This document shows, in pieces, positions 26,503-39,607 of a stretch of DNA of 64,000 nt. The DNA comes from Paramecium tetraurelia (lineage: Eukaryota). Both the position numbers and the translations under genes were made by a program. Position 1 is the stretch's first letter; the number at the start of each line of letters is the position of its first letter. The DNA lies in the NCBI GenBank assembly GCA_000165425.1, contig CT868014.1, positions 62,001 to 126,000 of the forward strand, in the 5' to 3' direction. The notes under the pieces were generated by a model. It saw only the letters and a list, made by a program, of their open reading frames with translations. It was not told the origin of the DNA and searched no databases.

Positions 26503-27832
26503 ATGAAGCACTTTATGAGATTCTCTAAAATAAGCAATGCCTTCAAGGAAGTGCCCTCCTAATATGTTTATCAGATCGATCCAATCAAAAACTTTGAACC
26601 CATAAAATAGTTCAGAGTAATTGATTTGGAAGGTAATCTTATTGCTAAGGAATACAATAACATTCCAAAAGAAACACTGAATCAAATCTTTGATTTAATG
26701 ATAAGTGTAAAGATGTTTATTTTGAAGTTTTTAGATTGAAGAGATGGACAACCTCCTTTACATGTCTTAAAGATAAGGAAAAATTTCATTTTACATGACA
26801 TCATTTGGTGAGACAGCAACTACAGTTGGTACCACAGCTGCGCTCCAACCCTAAGATTTCATCTTCCCATAATATAGAGAACAAGGTAGTTTTATGTGGA
26901 GAGGATTCACAATTGAATAAATTGTAAATCAATGCATTGGAAACCATTTAGATGGTGGAAAGGGGAGATAAATGCCTGTTCATTATGGAAGCAAGGATTT
27001 GAACATCGTCACTGTGTCATCACCTTTAAGTAAAATATAATTAATTGACGTACTATAGCTACGTAAGTGCCATAAGCAAGTGGGGCTGGATATGGATTCA
27101 GAGTCAATGGGGAAAATAAGATTGCAGCCACTTGGTTTGGAGAAGGAGCAGCTTCTGAAGGAGATTTTCATTCAGCAATGAATTTTGCTTAGACTTTGAA
27201 ATGCTAAACACTATTTTTATGCAGAAACAATCATTATGCCATCAGTACACCTACAGATGATCAATTCAGAGGTGATACTATTGCTGGAAAAGCACCAGCT
27301 TATGGAATGAGAACATTGAAAATTGATGGTAATGATCTATTGGCTGTTTATAATGGAGTCAAATATGCAAGGGAACAAATTATTAAAAATAAAGAACCAT
27401 TCTTTATTGAATTCATCACTTATAGAGTAATGTTAATATCTATTCATTAGATTGGAGATCATTCAACATCAGATCACTCTGTATTGTATAGATCATAAGA
27501 AGAAATTGATTCATGGAAATCAGGAAATAATCCAATTAATAGATTAGGATTGTTCTTGAAAAAGTAAGGACTCAGATAATTTAATGATGATCATGATAAC
27601 CAAATTAGAAAAGATGTTAGAAATAGAGTCATTGCTGCTTTGAAACACGGATCTGAATGTATTTTATTTAAATTTATTCAAAATAGAACAATCACCATCA
27701 ATTCAAGATTTATTCACTGATGTTTATGATGAAGTATTACCTCATCTATAGGAATAATATACTGAATTAAGACAACATTTGACTAAATATAAAGATCAAT
27801 ACCCAATCAATAAATTCAAAGGTGGATTATGA
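26503..27832 (+). CDS. BCKDHA: Branched-chain 2-oxoacid dehydrogenase E1 alpha subunit
   Basis: SQRQGKISFYMTSFGE, FPQYREQG, GRGQMPVHYGS, FGEGAASEGDFHSAMNFA, YRIGDHSTSD. Confidence 0.95.
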
Positions 27833-28079
27833 TTATTTACATCTATTACGCACAATAAATATTGTATAAATAATTGATAATTTTGTTCAAATAATTAATA
27901 TTAAGAAATAAGAAGAAGAACTTTCTACGGATGAAATATGAAATACAATTAGAGTTTAACTTGTTTTTAATGTTTCCCTATTAAGATTTCTTCAATATAA
28001 AAGATATAATAATTTAGAATCCATATATAGTTGCATTTACAATTTCTAAGGATTTAGATATTTACAATTGGAAGAATGT

Positions 28080-28929
28080 TCAATTCTATTTGTAAAAAGT
28101 ATGATCGATTTATTTCAGAAAATATCTATCTTGAAAAAAAATTAAATATATCTTATTTATTATAATAAATTATTTATATATAAATAATAAGTTCAACCAA
28201 AGTAAGTGATGAATTCTCTCCTTATTTTTATCAACTACAAAATTTATTAATATCATAAAGACTTTAACCAAGTATACGATAAGGAATACTTAGTAAAAGA
28301 ATAATATGATGACTGGTTTGTATTTCGTGAGTATATACTAATGAAATTCCAGCAATTAACATTAGAATTTGTATTTCTTGAAATTTAGGACTATGAATAT
28401 TGGCAAAAAGAGGAATGATACTTATTATCATTGTTATAACGTAAAAGTATCTTTGACAGTTAGTTACATTCTTCTGAGTACATTTGTCTGGAAATTATTA
28501 AAAAATTTCTAAGTTTGAATCACAACTTTTGCACAGTTCTGAAAAACAAATCTGACAATTTAATCTTTATTCCTCATTTTAAAAACATATTATTTATTTG
28601 GAATTGCATTTGTAACACTTTTTGAAACACACTCCGTTGAGGAATTATTAACATTATTAGCATTTATTAGAGCTATTTTCTTTTTATTTTTGTTGTTGCT
28701 TTTTGTAGAATATTGACATTTAGAGATTATCGTGGTTTTATAAAACATATAATAGTTCACAAGCCGAACAATTCAAGTATGTTTTATTCTCTGAAGCAAA
28801 TTTAAGCTTTAACTGCATCTGATCAATCAAGATCCTAAGAGTCTCATCATTTTATGAGACCTTAGCAAGGAGAACATAATCTCTGTTGTTTTTATCAATT
28901 ATATTTGAATCTAACAAAGGATTTTCCAT
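28080..28929 (-). CDS. Cys-rich (CxxC, IBR-like) protein with C-terminal TM segments
   Basis: Long open frame MENPLLDS... with CSAC, CQQC, CYKC, CQIC, CKSC, then hydrophobic stretches. The 3' end is approximate. Confidence 0.5.
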
Positions 28930-29234
28930 TAAATTTAAATATTTAATTTATGATTTATATAATAATATTATTATATGTTTTAAATAATATTATCAATATT
29001 TGTACAACATTCATAATATTAATGTGTATTGTATAATATGTATTATCATTAATGAAATTAATAATTGGATTCCACTAAAGTGAATATGGTTGTCTATGCA
29101 TTGAAAATGAAGTAGAGACAATTAAAAATGAAATATGATAAATGAAGTCCGATTCTTAGATGTAAATTAAGAAAATTATTTATGAATATATATGATGGAA
29201 TTAAAAAATAGCCAATTAAAATAAAATTAATTCC

Positions 29235-30347
29235 ATGCTATAATAGTAGGTGCTGTTGAATTTTGATTATCTGAGACCAAACCAAAATTTGGTTGATGCT
29301 ATTGTTCATGATGGTATTTGGAGTTTGCAACTATAAAGCATAATACATTAAAAGAAAAGAGCGATCTAAGAGTCAAAGGAGAATTTGGGAGAATGTGCCA
29401 TATGATGCTTATGAAAAGGAAAAGATGGCTGATTTTATGAAAGTAGTGACTAAAAATAAGGTTGTCCTACCTTAGAAGTACCTATTTTAGAATAATCTGT
29501 TAGTTGGACTGATAGTGATACGTTGAAGATGGTGTATTGTGGTAAATTTAAGGACAAGAATTACTTAAAAGTTTTGTAATCACATTTGGCTTGGAGAGCT
29601 ATTCCAAATAATTTCCAGCCTACTGACATCAACATAGCATTTTTATAGAAAGGAATAGTTTACACTTTCGGTAGAGATAAACAACAAAGACCCATTATAA
29701 TTATGAATCTTGAATTGGTGAATCTGAAACAAGTACCTAATTGAATCAATCTATAGTTCAGTGAAGAAGTCTACATAAATGCTTTGAGCTATTACTTTGG
29801 TATCATTAAGAAACACTGTTTTATTCCTGGAAAAGTTGAGAATTGGGTTTTCATTATGGATACTAAGAAGCTTGGACTTTCTAAGTTCCCCTTCAAGGTA
29901 TGCTATTGAATCTACTTGTTAGGCCATCCAAATAGCTACTAAGACCATGCAGGTGAATTTCTGTGGTTGTTTAGATAAACTTTACTTATTGAATCCATCT
30001 AGTTCATTGAGTTTTTCGTGGAAGATGGTTTCTGGTATGGCATTTAAATTTGAGAATAGCTGTGGCTGATGCGGATACTATGGAGAAAGTGTAAATGCTT
30101 AAGCCTAATGAGTATGCTAAAATTTAAGAGAGAATTGCAGTTAATCAATTGGAAGAATAATTTGGAGGGACATCTCCAAACCTATCGAAATTCTGGTTAC
30201 TTTCAAATGCATATCGTTAGGCCACCTATTAATATTGATATTCCAGGGGGATATACAGAGGAAATTTTGAAGGCCGTCGAATCTATGAAAACTGCCGAAA
30301 TTGTAAATTCAGAAGGAAGTACCGTGCATCAGAGGAGGATGAAATGA
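29235..30347 (+). CDS. CRAL-TRIO/Sec14-domain lipid-binding protein
   Basis: HLAWR, GIVYTFGRDKQQRPIIIMN, PGKVENWVFIMD, LDKLYLLNPS, QLEEQFGGT. Multiple introns. The 3' end may extend to ~30407. Confidence 0.88.
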
Positions 30348-30453
30348 AATTGTAAGAATAAATTTCTAAAGTTACAAATTAAAAAAGATGACGACGATGA
30401 TGATTGATAAAGTATATTAATGAAATTATACATTCCATAAATTTAATATTAAT

Positions 30454-33077
30454 ATGAGTTTCTTTAGGTCCAAACAGATGAAATATTATAGTTTAGTCAT
30501 CCCAAGAGAGAGTGCTTGGGTAGTTATGGATCAATTGGGAAGACTGGGATAGTTACATATTATAGATTATGATCCTTTATTGCCAATGATGAATAGACCA
30601 TTTGCCAATTATGTAAAAAGGTACACAAAATCCAGACTATTATAGATGTGACGAATCGTTATTTAAATTGAATGGACTTGATGCAATCCTTAAGCAATTC
30701 AAAAAAAAACTTATATATTGTGAAGATACGCAAAAGTTGCTTGATCACTTCAGAGACATATAGAATTCACGGTAAAAACCTGGACATACTTATTTTGATG
30801 AATTAGAATAGGAAATAGATAAGAAGAAAAGCAATATTCAAGAAATGTCAAATAATTTTGTAGAATTTATTAGACAGAGTAGATTCAATTACAGAATAAA
30901 AATTAGTATTAGAAAAAGCAAAAGAGATCTTGGGAAAATAAATGTTTTCGTAGTAAGTTGAGATTTATAACTTAGATCAACTCCTCATAATCTGAGTGAT
31001 TATCAACAATTAAAATTTGGACAATTAATCGGAGTTATTGATAAAGAGGATGAAACCAGATTCAAAAGAATAATGTTTAGAATCACAAAAGGTAATGCAT
31101 GGGTTAATATTGTGGATCTTTTGCCTGAAAAATAGCACCATTAAATAAAAACATCAATAGATCTGAATAGAGTATTTGTTCTTCTTTAAGCAAGGCATAA
31201 TAACCAAGATGCTTGTATGTTGTTGTTTATCCTGGAATGAATGATTAAAGTACTTTGAAATAGAAATTGCTCAAAGTTTGCGATTCATTTTCTAAAAACA
31301 GAATAGAATATCCAAATTCTTAAGAATCTATGGACAACAAATTGAGAGAATTATCAATACAGATAAGCGAGGCATAAAGTTTAATTCAAATGACCAAAAA
31401 ATAATTAGATGTTACTTTAGATGAGTTGGTTAAGGAGTAGAATGGATGCAATTGCTCTTACTTTGAATAGTTAAGATTATATGTTTTAAAAGAGAAATAT
31501 CTCTATGTTAATTTAAATTACTTAATGATGTAAGGTTCAATTTTTACTGGATATTTCTGGTTACCTGAAGGACTTGAAGTTTAAGTTGAAGATAAATTAA
31601 GAAATGCTATGTAGAACAGTATCGACAGATTTCCAACTGGATAAATTCAAGAGTTGAAACCCAAACCAGGAGATCTGGCTCCTACTTATTTTAATCTGAA
31701 TGAAGTTACAATGCCTTTTTAAGAAATTGTAAATACCTATGGAGTACCAAGATATCAAGAAGTAAATCCTGGTTTATTCACAGTGATTACATTCCCATTT
31801 CTATTTGGTGTGATGTTTGCAGATATAGCTCATGGTTTCTTATTGCTATTGTGTGGATTGTATGTGATAGTCTGGAAAAATCAATTAAAGAAAGAGGCAG
31901 ATTCAATGTTTAATGCAATGATCCCATTTAGATATCTGTTAGCTCTAATGGGATTGTTTGCATTCTATAATGGATTAATTTACAATGATTATCTCTCAAT
32001 ATCTCTTGATCTTTTTGGCAGTTGTTATTATCCTAAACATGAAGAATGGGAAAGGGAATAGAATTGTGTGTATCCGTTTGGTATTGATCCTGTTTGGTTG
32101 GCATCAGGATCAAGTCTAAATTTCATGAATTCCTACAAGATGAAATTGGCTGTAATTTTAGGAGTAATACACATGTTATTTGGAATTTTAATGAAAGGAG
32201 CCAATACTTTATATTTCAGAAATTATTTGGATTTCTTTTGTGAATTCATTCCCCAATTGTTATTTATGGTTTGTACATTTGGTTGGATGGATTTCCTAAT
32301 CATAATGAAATGGTTGAATGTGTATCCAAATGGAAAAGATCCAAGTATCATTGAAACAATGATTAACCAAGTACTAAAACCTACTGATGAAGCTGAATCT
32401 CCAGTATTCCCAAATAATGCTTCTTTATAATTATCTGTTACGCAGTTATTGACAGTGATTGCTGTAGTTAGTATTCCATGGATGTTGTTTCCAAAGCCCT
32501 TAATTTTGGGTTCAGGTCAGAAGAAACATAAAGTATAAGCAAACGAATAGCAATATCAAAAACTGATCTCTGAAAAGCAAGGATCTGAACTTGAGATTGA
32601 TCCTTAATAATTTAGAAAGGATTTATAGAATGCTGCTTCTAGTAGGAGTGTAGATCATTCTGAGTAGGATCATGATTCTGGGGAAATTTGGGTACATTAG
32701 ATGATCGAAACAATTGAGTTCGTGCTGGGAGGTATCAGTAATACAGCATCATATCTTCGTTTGTGGGCCTTATCTTTGGCTCATGGATAATTGGCAGAAG
32801 TATTCTACGATATGTGTCTTGCAGGGAATTTGGATATGGGTGGAATAATGGGTGGATTGATGAGTGGGTACTTTTATATTGTGTTTGCATTGTTGACCTT
32901 CGGAGTGCTGATGATGATGGATGTGATGGAATGTTTTTTACATGCATTACGATTACATTGGTATGAATTGGTTTCATTTTTTAAAGGGTGGAATTTTAGA
33001 GTAAATTCTATAAGGCTGATGGATATCTATTCGTGGGATTTTCATATAACAAAATGTTATAAGAGCATCTTAAATGA
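30454..33077 (+). CDS. V-type ATPase V0 a subunit
   Basis: MSFFRSKQM, FQEIVNTYGVPRYQEVNPG, FPFLFGVMFAD, YPFGIDPVW, ISNTASYLRLWALSLAH (essential Arg present), FLHALRLHWVEF. Confidence 0.97.
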
Positions 33078-33144
33078 CTTTATGGAATTTGAGAAGGATA
33101 TGTAATTATATTATATATTTCATATACGTTTTATAAATAAAATA

Positions 33145-34585
33145 ATGAATAGTTATTAATATGACAATGCTCTCTTTACGGTTTAAGTCGCAAGGAAGCA
33201 TTTCTTCTCAGATAAGATTTACTAACTTTACTTATTTCAGGATGAAATCGTAATGACTGATGTATGCTCCATTTGATAACTCTAGAACACTTTACGCTAA
33301 CCCAAATACACCATAAAATTAAATTTGACTACGACAATCAATTGGATTGTGTAGGACAACAAAATACTAGCATTCTCATTTACATATAAAAATACTATCA
33401 AACCTTTTTATGCTCCAAAGTTACAACTTTTGAAAGAAATGATTGCTGGCAGAGTATTTTATACTTCGATCAATGAGTTTTATCAAATCTAAATGGTTGT
33501 AGGTAATGGAATGTCAGGCGAAGTATATTAATCCAATATTTTGTTTTAGGTTTACAGATGTGTCTCTAACACTGGGGAATATTTTGCAGTTAAAAAATGT
33601 GAAAAGATGAAATTAGCATCTCATGAAGGGGGAATTGTAATCATATCTTCCATAACTCTAGCCTCAATTAATACACGAACTCTCGCTTCTGCAATCTCTC
33701 CAACATCCCAACATCCTGAAATTGAAGGAAGTCTATACTGACGAATCATATTATTACATTGTGACTGAATTTATCGAAGGCAGAGCTTTAAGCACTGAGT
33801 TGCAATCTCGACCCTATGGATTGAGTGTGGCTGAAACCATCAAGATTATGCTCTAAATTCTCGATGCCCTTATCTATATTTCAGAGCGAGGGATTATGCA
33901 CAGAGACATCAATCCCCACAATATTATGAAGTCAGAGCCCATCAAATTGATCGATTTCGGATTAGCTAGAAAAATCAAGAACCAGTTGATATTTCCAACT
34001 TCAGGCACTCCTGGTTACATTGCACCTGAAATCATTAACTTTAACAAGGACAAACTCTACGATGACAGAGCAGATGTCTACAGTTTGGGATGTGTGCTTT
34101 ACAAATTGTAATTACACTCTTTTATTCTTAGGCTAACTGGGGAGAATCTCTTTCATAAACAAAAAAACATCTTCTAAGAAAATAAAGAGGGCATCTATGA
34201 ATTAAGAAAGAATTATCAGCATCCTGAAGTTAACTCTATCAAAATGGATTCATTATTTATTTTATTACCTTATATGTTAGAAAATGATCCTAATAACAGA
34301 ATGACAGCCAAAGTATGTAAAATTGTTATTTAAGAAATTGATAATAACAATCAATAAATTGAAAAATTAATCAAGAAACTTGTCATTTTTAAATTTTTTT
34401 TACTTAGTACTGAAGAAACACATAATGAAAATAAAACTCCACATAGCATGTCCTCTCATAGTCATAAGAATAAAAAGTAATCAATAGACATGCTCAAAAG
34501 ATCAGATGACACTTCTTAAAAAGGACATAAAAAATAATAACAAACTATGGGTAATCTAAATTTAAGCTTTGCTACTAAAAAATGA
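33145..34585 (+). CDS. Ser/Thr protein kinase (CAMK-like) with a PH-like N-terminus
   Basis: GNGMSGEV, FAVKK, HRDINPHN, DFGLA, GTPGYIAPE, DVYSLG. Confidence 0.9.
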
Positions 34586-34888
34586 ATATGAATATTTTTT
34601 ATTATTCTTGTTTTTTTATTTGATTCATATTATGTTATTTTTATTATTTATATATTTATATTGTATTACTTTAATTTTATCATTGTAAAAAAATAATAAC
34701 TAAAAATAGTAATATTATAATACAAATTTAACCTTAATATTCTTTAATATAATTATATAAGATCTCCCCCTCAAAATTTGATATCACATTAAATCATCAC
34801 TTTAAGATATATAATCCTAAACAAAATTTCCATTTTTTTTGATTAGTGAAATACAATTCAAAGATGAATTATAATTTATTAAATATTA

Positions 34889-35872
34889 ATGGATTAAAAA
34901 AAAGTGGGAAACTATTACTTATTTTATAATAAGTTGCTTGGCAAAGGAGCTTTGGGAGAAGTTATTGTTGGCCAAAGAATTGCAGATAATAAACTAGTGG
35001 CTGTCAAAATTATAAAGAAATAATATCTTGAAGGAAAACAAAATTTCGAGAAGTATTATATTTTGTTTGAATCAGAACTGGATTAAAAAGGAGCATTTAA
35101 AGAGAAATTGTCATCTAAAAGTCCCTCGATCATAAAAATATCATTTAGATGTACGAAGCAAAAGAATCTGGCAATAATATTTACATGTTCATGGAATTAG
35201 GAGAATGTACACTCTAGGATTACCAATAAAAACGTACATATCATTTTCGCATTTTAAGATAAGTTAACTAATGAAGACGTTAAGAAAATAATGATATAAT
35301 TGTTGTAAGCCTTACATCACATGGTTAATTTTAAATTGACTAATCCATTATAAAACAATAAGGAATATCGCGGAATCTGTCATTTAGACTTGAAACCTTA
35401 AAACATTCTCATGATAGGCGATATACCAAAAATAACTGATTTTGGAATGTCGATTTAGATGAACAATGATCAACCTTCAGAAATAAGTACCATGACTGAG
35501 GAATTAAGTCAAACTCATCACTTCTACTTAGGAAAAGGCAGTCTAGTATGAATTTATTGATGAAGATAGAAATATATGTCCTATGAGCAATTGCTTGGAG
35601 ATTAAATACCAGAATTAGAGAAAATAGATGTATGGAGTCTTGGAGTCATTCTCTATGAAATAGTATATGGAAAGCATCCCTACATTAATACAGGAGGTGG
35701 CGTGAATCTGAATTAAATCTTAATAACTTAAATGATAGAATAGAAAGAAATAGAATTTCCTCACACTAATTATGATAAATGGGTAATAGACTTGTTAAAG
35801 GGCATGTTACAATTAGATTACACAAAGAGATTTAATTTATAACACTGCCTAAATCACCCTTTTTTAAATTGA
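34889..35872 (+). CDS. Ser/Thr protein kinase
   Basis: LGKGALGEV, VAVKII, HLDLKPQNIL, TDFGMS, DVWSLGVILYE. Confidence 0.9.
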
Positions 35873-35910
35873 TTATTCAAGTTATTAAGTAATTATTTAT
35901 TTAAATATAT

Positions 35911-37023
35911 TCAAAATGCTAATTTTTCAAGCAATTGCTCTACTTTATTACTCAATGATTCTTAATAATCTGTATTGCTGAATTCATACACTTCTGAAAA
36001 TTCAAAAGTCTGACTATCATTAAGAATTGATCTCTCTAATTCATAAATGATTGTGCTTTATTCAGAGGATTCGTTGTTTTAGACATTTTTTTGAATTTCG
36101 CTTTTCAAAGGTAAATTGTATTAATTTGTCGTTTTCTATTTTAATTTCATCAAAGCTTCGTGATATACAAGTTATTCTGTTTATCTCTTATTTATACCAG
36201 TCCTGGTGATATTTAAGAGTGAATCTAATTCTAATTGAACCTTGAAAACATTAGCTGAATTTGCATCTTTTTTCCATTCAATTGATACCTTTGGTTTCAA
36301 ATCCGTAAAGTTGTTGATGAATTCAAGAAATGATGACTTGGCATTCTATTTTAGTTCTGCAATTGGGATATTCTGACCTCTATTTTGTAATAATGCTACA
36401 TTACTTATCTAAGAGTTCCTTAAATAAAGGTTAAGTTATTTCTCTAACATGTTCTAAATCAAATCCAGAATCGTAATATTGTGCTGCCAAAATGGCTTTT
36501 AATGATTCAGCCAGAATCTTAGGATTTCTTCTATATAAATTAAAAATGAATATACTTTAAAGCGGTTTGATTACCTATTTGGACAATATTAGGTAAACTA
36601 TATTGTAATGCAATATCTGCCAAATTTTTCTCATTAAGTAATCTTTATCTCAGCTAAACTATATCACTGGGCTTTTTAATTGAGGAATCTTTGTTGGGAT
36701 ATCTACTTAATGTAATGAAATACCCTCTCTAAATCAGATAATCAGAGAAATAAAATTCTAATATCATTTATCCAATCACAACAAATTCCTCATTGTTTCC
36801 AAATGGGTATTTTATTCCTTTTTTAGATTAAAATTCTAATTCATGAATCTTATTTGTTAAAGCTTATGCTAAAATATTTATATTTTAAAATCTAAAGATT
36901 CTATTATTCATTTTGAAGTTTTAATAATGCTTTTAGTTTCCTGAAAATTAAATATCTCTTGACTAACAAATTAGTTAAGAAGTAAGACTTTAAATTTAAT
37001 CATCAATTATAGACTTACTACAT
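35911..37023 (-). CDS. RNase III-like domain + dsRBD protein, predicted catalytically inactive
   Basis: FRFQNINILAQALTN, NNEEFVVIGQMILEF, LLNEKNLADIALQYSL, PKILAESLKAILAAQYYDSG, then a dsRBD-like NAKSSFLEF...FKVQL...GINK.QTEQLVYHEAL. Four tiny introns. Confidence 0.75.
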
Positions 37024-38285
37024 TCTCTATAAAATTGGTTCTATCTTAAATACAATAAATTAAAATCTTTTGAACGCTTTAATCAATTCTAATATATTTA
37101 AAAAAAGTATTTAAATTTAAAATTTTATACTTTTATATACTGGCACAACTCAAATAAAATTTCAGCCACTCAGGAGAAAACAACTAATAGAATAAGTAAC
37201 CTTTCAAATTATAATTAATTGATTTAATTTAAAACAATTTTTCAAAAGATAAATTAAAATTCTTGTTCAACAACAAAATAATATAAGGAATGTTATATAA
37301 ATAACAAGAAAAAGATAACAATTATCATGCTCATTTAAAATTAAGGAGATCAATTTTCTAGTTGCACCCCATAATTTATATGTAATTCCATTTAAATCTC
37401 CTATGCTAGATGATAATTCTAATAATCAATATAAGTGTATCTTCAAGAAAATATCATCTCTTTGATTAAGTTGATTTGAGTAATTTAATGATATCAACAT
37501 ACAATGAGTAAGCAAAATGATTGAGTGGTTTTCAAATTTCGGCAAGTATATTTATTAATATAATTTTTTTCTTGGGTTTGGATATTTAGAAGCAGGATAT
37601 CAAAAATAAATAGCATCTTTTTTTTAACTTATATTCTCATTATTTTTCATTTATAGTTTTTACATACATTTATTTGAATCTGCTAGTCATTAATCAATGT
37701 CTAAATTATTAATTCTGTTCCAGAAGCACATGCATTTTTAATCTCATAAGGGCTATTTTATCATTAGATTCAATTATAATTAAAGCCTTATCAGCACACT
37801 AAAGTGAATTTGTTATCGAATTAAATTTGAAGTAAGTAGGAGTTAAAACTAAATAATTGATTAATTATATTAGATTTTTGATTATCTTTCAATATTATGT
37901 ATTAATTCTAGATGAATAGGTAAATATTTAGTTGATTATTCCATGCTATCAATTACTCTTGTTGATTAAATGTACTATCTAACTAGTCACTTTTTATTTT
38001 CTCTCATAATTAATCTATCTTCTAACTTAGTAAAGCATATGCATCCAGCATTATAATAGAGTATAAATTATTAGTTAATATAATTCTAATTGCATGATTC
38101 ATTTTCTTAATTTCTATTCTCTTTTAACGTTTGTTCCTCTTAATTAATATTTTTGTTTTGTTGTTTGAGCTATGTTCGGATTTCATGTTGAGTGCTATAA
38201 TTCTACTCTTGTATTGTGTGGTCTTCAAATTTATTAAGGCAATTATAAATCAACGATCCACTTTATAAAATAATAATAAATAATA

Positions 38286-39518
38286 ATGTCAGAGAATAAC
38301 AAAAAATCAGTAATTATTGTGAAATAGAACTAAAAGGAGGAAGAGGAGGAGGAATCTGAATCAGAGTCTGAGTCATCTCATTGTTTCGTGAATTTTGTGA
38401 ATTCTTATTCAAGGTTCATCAATGAATAAAGTGACACTTGCTTGGAGATGGGCTCAGTCCTTAATGAATTAAATGAATAAATATCGAGCTCCAAGCCTCC
38501 TTAAGGAACAGTAGAAGAGTTATAATAGATCTTAGAAATAACTCCTTAACAGATCAATGAACTTGCTCAGCAACTCAAACAACTTCCCGATTCCAAAATA
38601 TATTAGTGTATCTAAAATATTGAGAAGTAGGAAATAATTTGTAATAAAATAGATTAAATTTGAAACTGCAATTGGATTTGAATGTTGAGATGGAGAAAGC
38701 CAAAGCAAATGGATTGATCTGATCAATTTTGGTTATTTTTATTTATGCATTATAAAAAAACATCTAATGGAGATTAATTTACATTTCTAAATAATCGAGT
38801 GAATGAATTAATGACCTAAGTGGAAAATCTGGAGTAGATCATTCAATAGTAGAAGAAAGAAATCAGTTATTTGGTGGCAGCTCCATTAAATGATGAAAAT
38901 AATTATCTCAAAGAAAAAATGAAACTCTTAGAATAAGAGAATACATAGTAAATGGAATACTATGAGGAGATAATACTCCAACATGAATTGAGAAACCAAG
39001 AATACGTAACCAAAGTCAAAGAAGAACAACACTCATTTCAATTATAAATAGACCAATTGGAAATGAAAATTCAGATCATCTTGGAACACAACGATAAGTT
39101 ATAAGAATAAATGAATTAGAGAGACAACATTGAATTGCAATAGAAGTTTTAAAAACTTATGTAAGATCATAATCAAATCTAGTCAAATTTTGAAATCTCG
39201 AACAAAGACTTTTAATTGCTTAAACAAGAGAAAGACAAACAAGACTAGGAATTATGGCTGTTGAAAAATTAAAATGCATAAATTAAAACTCAATACATTT
39301 ATCAATAGGAATAATCTAATCAAAAAGATCTAGAATGCAGTTAATTAGTAAATGAATTAAGTTACTTATAAAATTAACTGCACACTTAAATTTAATAGAA
39401 CAAAGATCTCAAAAAATATAATGACGATAAAAGTGTAATCATTGATTAATTGACAAAGTAGCTTTAAGAATTAAACTAGTATTTGATTGATCATAAATTT
39501 ATATCATAATAATAGTGA
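38286..39518 (+). CDS. Hypothetical coiled-coil protein
   Basis: MSENNKKS...EEEEEESESES, then long Q/E/K heptads. TGA at 39516. Confidence 0.7.
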
Positions 39519-39607
39519 TCCTATAATATTGCCTAAATCTAGAGCTCCTATTAATCCTAATATTAAATAACAAATAAAATTACATTCGTTTTTTACAATT
39601 AATTTTT

